This document shows, piece by piece, positions 16,575 to 28,500 of a DNA stretch of 32,000 nucleotides. The translations under genes and the position numbers were made by a program. The DNA is from an uncultured Clostridia bacterium (GTDB lineage Bacteria; Bacillota; Clostridia; Christensenellales; UBA1242). The DNA lies in the NCBI GenBank assembly GCA_944372365.1, contig CALVYP010000001.1, forward strand, positions 155,691 through 187,690. Reading direction: 5' to 3'. The notes below the pieces were generated by a model. That model saw only the letters and a list, made by a program, of their open reading frames with translations. It ran no database searches and was not told the DNA's origin. How positions within the stretch are numbered: the first letter of the stretch is position 1; every line of letters begins with the position of its first letter.

Positions 16575-19070
16575 TTATTCTTGTTCGGTTTGCTCTTCCG
16601 CACTTTCTTCTCTCTCATTTTCTTCTTGTTTTTCGGTAAGCGCCACGCTTACGATTTTTGCGCCGTCTTTAAGACGCATAACCCTAACACCTTGGCTGAC
16701 GCGCGAGAATGTGCTGATATCTTCAAGCGGCGTTCTGATTATCACTCCGCTGTCGGCAATCATCAAAATGTCTTCATCGCCAGTGATCTGTTTAAGCGCA
16801 ACAAGGTTGCCTGTTTTTTGGTTGAATACGCCCGCTTTAACGCCCATGCCGCCGCGGCCTTGCAAACGATACTCGCTTTCGTTGGAGCGCTTGCCATAGC
16901 CGTTTTCGGTGATTGTGACAATCTGCGAGCCTGGGCTTATGATTGTCATGTCAATAATTCTGTCGTCTTTTGCAAGATTCATAGATTTAACGCCTTGGCT
17001 GCCACGGCCTGTTTTGCGAACATCCTTTTCAGAGAAGCGGATGCACTTGCCTTGATAGGACGCAATTAAAATTTCGTCATTGCCAGATGACATTTGCGTT
17101 TCGATGAGCTCGTCGCCATCAAGCAGCGAAATTGCAATCTTTCCGTTTTTGTTGATGCGTTCAAACTCGCTTAAATCCGTCTTTTTGATCAAGCCATTTT
17201 TGGTTGCCATAATCAAATTGCCTTTGGCGTTTTCGCCGCGTGGGATGATTGTTGTAACCTTTTCGTCGCCATCAAGCGCAATCAAATTTACAACACTTCT
17301 GCCCTTTGCTGTGCGCTGCGCTTCTGGCACTTCATATGCTTTGATTGCATAAACTTTGCCCTTTGTGGTGAAGAACAATAAATCGTCATGTGAGGATGTT
17401 ATAAACATGCGCTCAACATAGTCTTCGTCCTTGGTTTTGTGCGCTGTTATGCCCACGCCGCCGCGCTTTTGAGCGTGATACTCGCTTGTGGACATGCGTT
17501 TAACATAGCCAAGGTGCGTCATGGAAATTACAACATCTTCCTTTTCGATAAGGTCAGCGATGTCGATTCCGCCCATGTCCATGCTGATTTCAGTTTTCCT
17601 TGGCTCGCCAAACTCGGCTTTTATTTGGTCGAGATTATCGCGGATTATCTTTTTCACACGCTCTGGCTTTGCCAAAATGTCTTCAAGGTCGGCAATTCTT
17701 TCTTCCAACTCTTTGAGTTCTTCGTTGAGTTTTTCAACTTCCAAACTTGTAAGACGAGAAAGCTTCATCTCTAAGATTGCGTTGGCCTGAATGTCGTCAA
17801 GCTCAAAGTTTTGAGTGAGTTTTGCCATCGCGTCTTGTTTATCTTGCGAACCTTTGATGATTGCGATGACTTCATCAATGTTTGCAAGCGCAATAACCAA
17901 GCCTTTGACGATGTGCTCACGCTCTTTTGCTCTGCCAAGATCGAAACGCGTTTTTCTTTCAAGCACATCAATTTGGTGAGCAAGATAGCATTCAAGCACC
18001 TGCTTTAAATTTAAAATTTTTGGCACACCGTCAACCAGTGCCAACATGATTATTCCAGCGCCCTGTTGAAGCTGCGAATGCTTGTAAAGTAGGTTTAACA
18101 CAACCTGTGCGTTGGCATCCTTTTTGATGTCGATTACAATTCTCATGCCCTGTCGATCGGATTCTTCCTTGATGTCAGATATGCCTTCGATGCGCTTGTT
18201 TTTAACAAGGTCTGCAACCTGCATGATGAATTTTGCTTTGTTGACTTGATATGGAAGTTCGGTGATGACAATTCGCTGTCTGCCAGAAGAAGTTTCTTCA
18301 ATCTCCGCCCTGCCACGCAGCACAATGCCGCCGCGGCCGGTTCTGTAAGCGTGTTTAACCGCCGTTCTTCCCATGATTATTCCGCCTGTTGGATAATCTG
18401 GCGCTGGAATAATTTTGATAAGATCGTCGATGTCTATGTCAGCATTGTCAATCAACGCCTGCACGCCGTTTATCACTTCGGTAAGGTTATGCGGCGGGAT
18501 GTTGGTTGCCATGCCCACTGCAATGCCGTCTGAGCCGTTCACCAAAAGGTTTGGAAATTTGGCTGGCAAAACCGTTGGCTGCATAAGCGTTTCATCAAAG
18601 TTTGGATAAAACGCAACTGTATCTTTATCTATATCTTCAAGCATAAGTGAAGCGATTTTTGAAAGCCTTGCTTCGGTGTAACGCATAGCCGCTGGCGGAT
18701 CGCCGTCCACCGAACCAAAGTTTCCGTGGCCGTCGATAAGCGGACATCTTATTGAAAAGTCCTGCGCAAGACGCACCATCGCGTCATACACGCTGCTGTC
18801 GCCGTGCGGGTGATACTTACCCATAACTTCACCGACAATTCTTGCGCACTTTTTAAAAGGCTTGTCATAGAAGTTGCCAAGTTCGCCCATTGCATACAAA
18901 ATGCGACGATGAACAGGTTTAAGCCCGTCTCTTACATCAGGTATGGCACGCGAAACATTCACCGCCATAGCGTAAGAGATGAACGACCTTTTAAGTTCGC
19001 CCACTGCATCGACTTTTTCAATTTTGGTGTTTTGCAAAAGTTCACCTAAATCTTTTTTTTCTTCTTTCAT
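16575..19070 (-). CDS. gyrA: DNA gyrase subunit A
   Basis: 831 aa. Motifs: [18 protein letters not shown], the QRDR segment [15 protein letters not shown], the active-site AAMRYTE, the beta-pinwheel CTD, and an acidic tail. Confidence 0.98.
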   Translation of the reverse strand: MKEEKKDLGELLQNTKIEKVDAVGELKRSFISYAMAVNVSRAIPDVRDGLKPVHRRILYAMGELGNFYDKPFKKCARIVGEVMGKYHPHGDSSVYDAMVRLAQDFSIRCPLIDGHGNFGSVDGDPPAAMRYTEARLSKIASLMLEDIDKDTVAFYPNFDETLMQPTVLPAKFPNLLVNGSDGIAVGMATNIPPHNLTEVINGVQALIDNADIDIDDLIKIIPAPDYPTGGIIMGRTAVKHAYRTGRGGIVLRGRAEIEETSSGRQRIVITELPYQVNKAKFIMQVADLVKNKRIEGISDIKEESDRQGMRIVIDIKKDANAQVVLNLLYKHSQLQQGAGIIMLALVDGVPKILNLKQVLECYLAHQIDVLERKTRFDLGRAKEREHIVKGLVIALANIDEVIAIIKGSQDKQDAMAKLTQNFELDDIQANAILEMKLSRLTSLEVEKLNEELKELEERIADLEDILAKPERVKKIIRDNLDQIKAEFGEPRKTEISMDMGGIDIADLIEKEDVVISMTHLGYVKRMSTSEYHAQKRGGVGITAHKTKDEDYVERMFITSSHDDLLFFTTKGKVYAIKAYEVPEAQRTAKGRSVVNLIALDGDEKVTTIIPRGENAKGNLIMATKNGLIKKTDLSEFERINKNGKIAISLLDGDELIETQMSSGNDEILIASYQGKCIRFSEKDVRKTGRGSQGVKSMNLAKDDRIIDMTIISPGSQIVTITENGYGKRSNESEYRLQGRGGMGVKAGVFNQKTGNLVALKQITGDEDILMIADSGVIIRTPLEDISTFSRVSQGVRVMRLKDGAKIVSVALTEKQEENEREESAEEQTEQE

Positions 19071-19085
19071 TTTATCTTTCCTTTA

Positions 19086-21038
<1,953 letters not shown>

Positions 21039-21104
21039 ATCTACCCCTTAAAAAAATTATTGACAAGTTGCCTTATATATATAATATATTATATAATATT
21101 TATA

Positions 21105-21139
21105 TTAAAAAAACAAGCGATTTGAAAAAATAATCGCTT
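21105..21139 (-). terminator. Intrinsic terminator of the GLUG-protein / membrane-protein operon
   Basis: Stem aagcgatt (21115-21122) / aatcgctt (21132-21139). On the minus strand it is followed by gttttttt. Confidence 0.6.
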
Positions 21140-21208
21140 TGGTCGAGTGATTTATCGTTTGCACGGCAAAACGCGCAAATTTGCCCCCTTGTAGGCGATA
21201 ATTTAAGG

Positions 21209-21829
21209 CTATTGCCCGCGCTTTTTGTCCACAAAACTGAAATTTTCGTTTTTAAGTTTGACAAAATAGGTTTTGTTTTGAATAAGCAAGTTGCCCTTGT
21301 AAAAAATTTTAGCGTGGCGCTGTTCTTGCGAGCCTATCTCAACATAGGTTATGTCATAAAAACTGTAGCCAAGCAGGTTTAAAAAAGGATTGATGTAATA
21401 AAGCGAGTTTTGAATGTAAACCACGCCGATCATAACCAAAACCACCACAAACACGCAGTAGACGCTTACATATGATAAATCCAGTGGGATAGCAAAAAAC
21501 ACAAACAGCGAAAAATAACCCAAAAAGTGCTGATCGGTGATGTTGTGCTTGCTTAAAATGCGCACTTCTTTGGATTCTTCTCGGTTATATCTAATATTCC
21601 ACAAAAGCCCAACCACGCTTGCAACAATCAGCAGCAAAAGCGTGGTTAAATTTATTGTGTTTAAAACATTGAATGACAAATTTTGGTTGATAAGTTCAAC
21701 CACAAGTTTAATCAGCACAAGCACATACATTGGCATAAACGCTGAAATATACAGCAGCAGGTTTTTTGTGAATTGCATAAAAATAGTATGCCTAAAAAGT
21801 TGATTTTTAAGCATACTAAACTCAATCAA
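21209..21829 (-). CDS. Hypothetical integral membrane protein (about 4 TM) with a C-terminal beta-rich soluble tail
   Basis: The ORF starts 8 nt after the GLUG-protein stop. The first codon in the ORF track is TTG (21829); an ATG 5 codons in (21814) is an alternative start. There is no clear SD for either. Hydrophobic helices and the absence of competing ORFs support it as coding. Confidence 0.65.
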   Translation of the reverse strand: MIEFSMLKNQLFRHTIFMQFTKNLLLYISAFMPMYVLVLIKLVVELINQNLSFNVLNTINLTTLLLLIVASVVGLLWNIRYNREESKEVRILSKHNITDQHFLGYFSLFVFFAIPLDLSYVSVYCVFVVVLVMIGVVYIQNSLYYINPFLNLLGYSFYDITYVEIGSQEQRHAKIFYKGNLLIQNKTYFVKLKNENFSFVDKKRGQ

Positions 21830-21837
21830 AATGTTAA

Positions 21838-24800
21838 TTAAAATTTGTTTTGAAGATATGATGCGATGCCAGTTTGAGTGCCAAACACAGTTATTGCATA
21901 TATGCCATGTGGAATTGGCAAGCCGTCATGGAAAGATGCGTTGTAACCAAAGTTGCCATCCATGCCGTTGGTGGTTTGTGAAAGCGTTAGCACTCCATTG
22001 CAAACCACATAACTGTTTGTAACCCCCGACTGAGAAGTAGAGGCATAAAATCCGCTGCCAGTGTTAGATATGCCCGCGCAATATGAAATTGTAACCGCAT
22101 TTGTGCCGCCAACCAAAGCGCCACACGACGAAGCAGAAATATTGCAATTTGAATAGCAATTTGTAATTGTGCTTACATTGGCGTTTGACGCGCTTCCCAA
22201 AATTCCGCCGGCGTTATTATTGCTTGAAACTATGTCGCCTAAATTAAGGCTTTGCGTTATTGTTGAGCCTGTGATGGTGTCTCCTGCAATGCCACCAGCA
22301 TAATTAACACTGGTTATCTTGCCAGTATTCACTCCAAATTTTATTGTTGTAGTGTTTGTTATTCTTCCACCAATGCCCCCACCATAATTGCCACTGATGT
22401 CTGCCAAATTATAGCACCTTAAAATATCTACATTGTCTGCAAGCCCAACAATACCTGCAATTCCTGCTGAACCGCTTATTTTTTCAAAATTGAAGCATCC
22501 GGTAACTGAACAATTAAAACCATTGCCAATCATTCCGCCCACTCGCTCGTTTCCTTTGACGATTGCATAATTGCTGCAACCAGATACGTTCGCCTGACCA
22601 TTACCCATAATGCCTCCCGTGTAGTGAACTCCCGTCACCGAGCCATATGCCTCGCAGTTTGTCACGCTTGTGCCTGTACTGTTGCCAACAATGCCGCCAA
22701 CACAATTGCCCGTTCCGGTTATTGTTGCGTCAACCGAGCAGTTTGATATGTCCGCCTCGCTGTATCCCACGATGCCGCCAGTGTAATTAACTCCGCTCAC
22801 AGAACCTTGCGCCGCACAATTTGTCACGCTTGTGCCAATGGTGCCGCCAACAATCATGCCGACACGATGAGAAGATCCCGTCACGGTTGCGTTAACCGAG
22901 CAGTTGGTGATAATGGTATTTGCCCTAGCATAGCCAACTATGCCACCAATATGATCTCCACCTGAGATTGTTGAATCTTTTACATGCACATTTGTGATTT
23001 GACATGGCACGCTGCAACCACTGCCACTGATCTCACCAAAAAGCCCTCGCCTGCTTGTGCTATCACCAGTCGTTGACGGAAGTTTTATGCCAGAAATTGT
23101 GTAGCCCATGCCATTGTAAATGCCTGAAAAATTGTGGTCGGTTATCACATAGTCAAGGTTGTAATAAACCCCGATTGGCACCCATTTGTATTGCGAAACA
23201 TCAATGTTTGCGGTTTGTTTAAAGTATACGCCTTCATATATATAGTCATCTCTCGTGTGCGTGCCAGTGCCGTAGTAGACATTTTTGGCAAGCAGAGCAA
23301 GTTGAGAAGCATTTGCAATTTGATATGGGTCGCTTTGCGTTCCGCTGCCGCCAGCAAATGAAGTTGCGGCATGATTAAGCCATGTGTCCTCCCAGTATGC
23401 ATATAATTTCATATCCGCACCTGGTTGAATAAGACATGCGCCCGTTTCACTGAAATACTTTGTGCCCTGCCCATTTGGTGAAGAGTAGTAGCCTTTAAAG
23501 ACATATCCTTCTTTAAACGGCACAGAAACACCACCGATGCTGTTTTTCACTGTCAAGGTTTTTTGCGAGTTTGTGTCATTTACTTTAATCACTTGGTATT
23601 TAATTTTGTAATTTGAAAATGTTCGGTTTGTGCCGCCAAACCAAAACCAGCCAATAAGCGAAGTGCCTTGGCTTGCACCCAAACTGCTTACATTTATTGA
23701 AACAGTCTGCTTTTTGCTGCTGGAAGTTACATATCCATAGTCAACATGGTTTCTTGTGGAAAGAGAATTGTATCCGTTTTTAACTTCAATAACCATACAA
23801 TCTCCTCTGCCACTTGTAGAACCTGACACATATTCTAAAAGCACTTGATATCGCTCGCCTTGTTTGAATGTCAAATTGGTTGCTGATGGAAAATCAATAT
23901 GCCCGTTGCCAGTGCCGTTGAGAGTCATTGTGTGAGTATCCAAATCATATGTAACTGTTGTGCTTGCACAGGTGTAGGTATAATTTCCGTTTGAATAATT
24001 AACTGTTCGGTTTAATGCAAGCGCATCCGCATAGTTGACATTGCCGCCTTCGGCGTCAAAAGTCACATTGTATGCCAATTTTTTAAGCACCGGATAGCCA
24101 TCGTTTTCACCGCTGCGGAATTCCCAAATGTTTGTAAAATCCCAAGGATATTCAGTATCCCAATTAGATGACGAGGTCATATAGCTTTGCGATTTAAAAT
24201 TGTTTTTGTTAAGCGACGCTGAATATTTTGCACCCTCGCCATCGCCTCCAGAATACCCTCCGATGTCGCTACTACAATCACCTCCGTAATAACAGCCACT
24301 AGCATTACCATTAGCAACAATAGCAGCTTGAACCTCTGCTCCAGATACAAACGATCCTAGATTGTAACAATATGAAGCTTCAGACAACGAAGTGTCTCCA
24401 CATATGCCAGCAGCAATATTAAAATAAAGGAATGTTGATATTGGACCTATATTAAAACACGAAAATGCTCCGCCAGAACCGCAAATTCCGCCTAAATATT
24501 CCCCAGGATTTTCGGCTGTTGCAGCAAAGACGCCAACATTACCTGTGTTATAGCAATTAAAGGCTCCCGCAACAAGACCTCCGTTGCCAATAATCCCTCC
24601 AACTTGCCTTGTCTCAACAGCACTAAAACCTGTCGATATACCGCCTCGGTTATAACAGTTAGTCACAATAGCCGCTAAGCCAGCAAGCCCCACTATACCA
24701 CCATAATCTTCTCCTTTAATTGTTATGTCTCCTGTGTTGTAACAGTAGCTGATTGTGGTGTTAAGCGCTGCTACTCCCACTATACCACCAACATGATCTC

Positions 24801-25449
24801 CCGACGGCTCAATGTCGCATTCGTTATAGCAATATTCAATTTTGCAAAATTGAGTCCTTCCCGCAACAGACCCTACATAGTCAACGCCGTAAATGGTGGT
24901 GTCTACTATGCCAATTTTTTTAACCGAAGCAAGATTATCTTCTATTCCAGTAATAGAGCCAAACAACCCCGCTTCGCTGGTTGAAGATGAAATTGTCATC
25001 CCTGAAATTGTGTTCTGCCCGCCGTCATAGTGCCCGCCAAAACTATCAATCGGCGTCCAATAATGCGCCGACAAATCTATGCTGCCTATCTGTTGAAAAT
25101 ATTTGTCTCTATAATTGTTGGATGATGAACAGGTCGCTGCAAGCCCAGCTAAATCTGCCGCGCTTTCAATAATATATGGATCACTTTCTGTGCCAGAACC
25201 ACTCCAATTCGTGTCGTAATTGCCGCTGTCCGTCCAATTGCCAGATGCAGCAATCACTTCTTCTTCGCGCAAAAAAACTTTTTCACCATTTTCAACGGTG
25301 AAAATTAAGCCTGCAAAAAGTGCGATTGATAAAAATAAAATTAAAAATAAATAAAGCGTTTTTCCACAAAAAAGTTTAGAAGCGGCAGTTAAATGCCCCC
25401 TCCACCCGGAGTGACGATTTGGCACAAGTTTTTTGATTTTTTTTGGCAT
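21838..25449 (-). CDS. N-terminally anchored surface protein with two blocks of GLUG-motif repeats and a Listeria-Bacteroides (Flg_new)-type repeat
   Basis: 1203 aa. N-terminal TM/signal anchor LYLFLILFLSIALFAGLIF. Many repeats of the form GGIVG...(T/S)NCYN.G.(I/V).. are typical of the GLUG motif. YNVTFDAEGG ... GYVFKGYY...LYAYWE resembles Flg_new. There is no LPXTG motif. GGAGA SD. Confidence 0.85.
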   Translation of the reverse strand: MPKKIKKLVPNRHSGWRGHLTAASKLFCGKTLYLFLILFLSIALFAGLIFTVENGEKVFLREEEVIAASGNWTDSGNYDTNWSGSGTESDPYIIESAADLAGLAATCSSSNNYRDKYFQQIGSIDLSAHYWTPIDSFGGHYDGGQNTISGMTISSSTSEAGLFGSITGIEDNLASVKKIGIVDTTIYGVDYVGSVAGRTQFCKIEYCYNECDIEPSGDHVGGIVGVAALNTTISYCYNTGDITIKGEDYGGIVGLAGLAAIVTNCYNRGGISTGFSAVETRQVGGIIGNGGLVAGAFNCYNTGNVGVFAATAENPGEYLGGICGSGGAFSCFNIGPISTFLYFNIAAGICGDTSLSEASYCYNLGSFVSGAEVQAAIVANGNASGCYYGGDCSSDIGGYSGGDGEGAKYSASLNKNNFKSQSYMTSSSNWDTEYPWDFTNIWEFRSGENDGYPVLKKLAYNVTFDAEGGNVNYADALALNRTVNYSNGNYTYTCASTTVTYDLDTHTMTLNGTGNGHIDFPSATNLTFKQGERYQVLLEYVSGSTSGRGDCMVIEVKNGYNSLSTRNHVDYGYVTSSSKKQTVSINVSSLGASQGTSLIGWFWFGGTNRTFSNYKIKYQVIKVNDTNSQKTLTVKNSIGGVSVPFKEGYVFKGYYSSPNGQGTKYFSETGACLIQPGADMKLYAYWEDTWLNHAATSFAGGSGTQSDPYQIANASQLALLAKNVYYGTGTHTRDDYIYEGVYFKQTANIDVSQYKWVPIGVYYNLDYVITDHNFSGIYNGMGYTISGIKLPSTTGDSTSRRGLFGEISGSGCSVPCQITNVHVKDSTISGGDHIGGIVGYARANTIITNCSVNATVTGSSHRVGMIVGGTIGTSVTNCAAQGSVSGVNYTGGIVGYSEADISNCSVDATITGTGNCVGGIVGNSTGTSVTNCEAYGSVTGVHYTGGIMGNGQANVSGCSNYAIVKGNERVGGMIGNGFNCSVTGCFNFEKISGSAGIAGIVGLADNVDILRCYNLADISGNYGGGIGGRITNTTTIKFGVNTGKITSVNYAGGIAGDTITGSTITQSLNLGDIVSSNNNAGGILGSASNANVSTITNCYSNCNISASSCGALVGGTNAVTISYCAGISNTGSGFYASTSQSGVTNSYVVCNGVLTLSQTTNGMDGNFGYNASFHDGLPIPHGIYAITVFGTQTGIASYLQNKF

Positions 25450-25599
25450 AAATTTATCTCCGCGTGTGGAATATTTTCACGTTTATTATATCAAATATAT
25501 AAAAAGATAGTCAAACAAAAACACCGAGATAAATGCAAGCACTTAAAATGTTGCATTCACTGCATTTTTATTGTAAAAAAATTGTTAATTTGCTAAACT

Positions 25600-28500
25600 A
25601 TGAGTGTAAGGAAAACGCAAATGAAATCAATTTACAAATATTACAAAGAACGCCTTATTGAAATAAGCGGCAAAAACAGAAGCCTTTATTCAAAAAATCT
25701 AAGCAAAAAGTATGCTTATGATATAGGCAGCATAATTGGTGACGACGGCAAAGAATTTGACGAGTTCTTCACTTTTTTATGGAAAGGCAAGCGCACCTCT
25801 TTTCCGCTGATTAGAAAAGAGATTAAAGACAGGCTTTACAAAAACTTAAACTTGGAAGAAAAGGTTAAGGCTGCGTTTTTAGACACTTCAAATCTTTCTG
25901 CCGAAGAAAAGCGCAACGAAAACTTGCGCCGCGAAAGAATCAAGCGCGAAGAAATTAAAAAGGCAATCACTGGGCAAGTGACAAAATTAAGGTCGCTTAA
26001 ACGCGAAGTGGAAGAGTTTGCAAAAGAAACCGGACGATACGAAATGTTTGTTGGCTATCCATTTGTCACCGGCTACATAAACAAGGATTTGCAAATTAAA
26101 GCACCGCTTGTGCTGTTTCCTGTTGTGATAAATGTTGAAAACGACAGCGTTGTTTCCATTGAAGCAAAACACGACGAACTTGTGCAGTTTAATAAGGTGC
26201 TTATGCTTGCCTATGCAAAAGAACATCGCTTAAACACCGACGGAATGCTGACAGAATTTGACAACCTTTTAGACTACAAACTTAAAAGTGTGAAAGATGT
26301 GGTGGAATATCTTTCTGCCTATGGCTTTAAATTTAACCTGCCAAAAAACTTTGGCGACAAGATGATTAAATTTGAAAGCATCGGCGAGCCATCCTATCGC
26401 GACGACTCTCTTAAAGTGCACAACGCCTGCGTGATTGGCAGATTTCCGCTTGCAAACTCAATCTACAACGACTACTCTCTTTTGGAAAAGAAAAAACTTT
26501 CAACCGAAGCAATCGACGAACTGCTTTTGGCAAAACCATCCAAAAAAATCCGCAGGTTTGACGATCACACATTTACAATCAACGATCTTGACTATGCACA
26601 AGAAAACGCGATTGCAAAACTCAACCAATCTGGCAACCTTGTCATTTACGGCCCGCCCGGAACAGGCAAAAGTCAAACCATTGTGAATATAATTTCAGAC
26701 GCACTTTGCAAAAACAAAAAAGTGCTGGTTGTTTCGCAAAAGAAAGCAGCGCTGGATGTTGTTTTTAACAGGCTTAAAGCGTTAAATTCCAAATGTATGT
26801 TTATAACCGATGCTGAAAAAAACAAGGTCGAGTTTTATGAACGCTGCAACAAAATGCACAACATTTTGCTGGAAAGTTATCACAAAACCGAAGAAAACAA
26901 CGATTTTGAGCAGGTTGAAAAAAGCATAAACAAAGAACTTGGCGAACTTCAAACCATATCTGACACATTGTTTACCAAAACTCCGTTTGGGCTGTCGCTG
27001 CAAGAGATGTACACCAACTCTGCAAAAATCGGCAAAAACAGCTTCGACTATGTTCTCTACAAGCAAATGCTTAAAAATTCATATATCATGAAGATGAACT
27101 ATAAGCGCCTGCACTCCACTGTTCGCGTCATCAAAGAGAAAAATAAAAGCGGGCTTTATTATAGATACATTTTGCTTAAAAAGAACAATCCACTTATCGA
27201 TCACATCAAATCCAACATCGATATTCATGTGATAAACCAGATGAAAACCTATTTAAGCTCGCTGCTGCAAAAAAATATCGTTCCGTTTGACACGGCGCAA
27301 AATCCGCATGCAAGGCAACTTTTGGTTTACATGCTTGAAAACAACATTGAAGATGAAAACAAACTTCATCCGCTTGTGCAGATGATTGCAAAAATTGAAA
27401 ACCCAAAACTCAATGCTGCGCTAAATTGGTCGAAAATTGTTTTGCCGCTGTATCCTTTCACGCGTCACAAAATGAACAAAAAGCAAGCCGAGTTAAAAAC
27501 GCAATTCATCTCCACCCTGCAACAGATGCGCGAATATGTGACAAGTTATGCGCTGCTGGAAAAAGTGCTTGATAAAAAGGGCTATTTGATGACTATCGAC
27601 AACATCATCAACGGTAACCCAACCTTTTTAAAACTTTTGCTTAACGCGCTTAGCGACTATGTTGAAATTAGAGACATGAACATCGCCCTTCAAAATTTGA
27701 CAGACGATGAAAAACAGGTGCTTAACTTTGCCTATCAAAACTCGTCAAACGCAAAGCAATATAAAGAGATTGTGGATAAAATTCTTGAAATAAGAGTGTA
27801 TCACGAAACAATAACATATGAAGAAAAATATAAAGAAAAACTTTCAAAAATCATTGATTTTGAAAACATTCGCAACCGCATTCTCTCTCTTAAAGAAGAG
27901 CAGCAACAAATTGCAATTCAAATTTGTGCCGATAAATTTAAAGATGAATATATCGACTATTTCAACACAAGCCCAGAAAGCAAAAATTATCTCTACCAAA
28001 TCAACAAACAGCAAGGCTTGATGCCAATAAGAAAGATGATGGATTTATATGGCGACTTTTTGCAAAAACTCTTCCCTTGCTGGCTGCTGTCGCCTGAAAG
28101 CGTGTCAACAATTTTCCCGTTGAAGAAAAACATGTTTGACATAATTTTGTTTGACGAGGCCAGCCAAGTGTTTATTGAAAACACTCTGCCAACAATCTAT
28201 CGCGGAAAATACATCGTTGTGGCGGGCGACTCCAAACAGCTGCGCCCTACTGCAACCTTTATGAAACGATATATGGGCAACGACAGCGACGACGATCTTG
28301 ACCTTGCAACCATTGCCGCACTGGAAGTTGAAAGTTTGCTTGACCTTGCAACTTCAAGATACAACGCTGCAAATCTTACCTATCACTATCGAAGCAAAAA
28401 CGAAGAGTTAATCAATTTTTCAAACCACGCATTCTATGACGGCAAATTGCAGGTTGCACCAAACATATCCAAAAATGTTGGCGAAAAACCTATCGAGCGA

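Noticed and set aside
25393-25596. A 67-aa Cys/His/Lys-rich plus-strand ORF in the GLUG/helicase intergenic region.
   Set aside because: It starts antisense inside the GLUG gene N-terminus, has no SD, and its composition reflects AT-rich promoter DNA.
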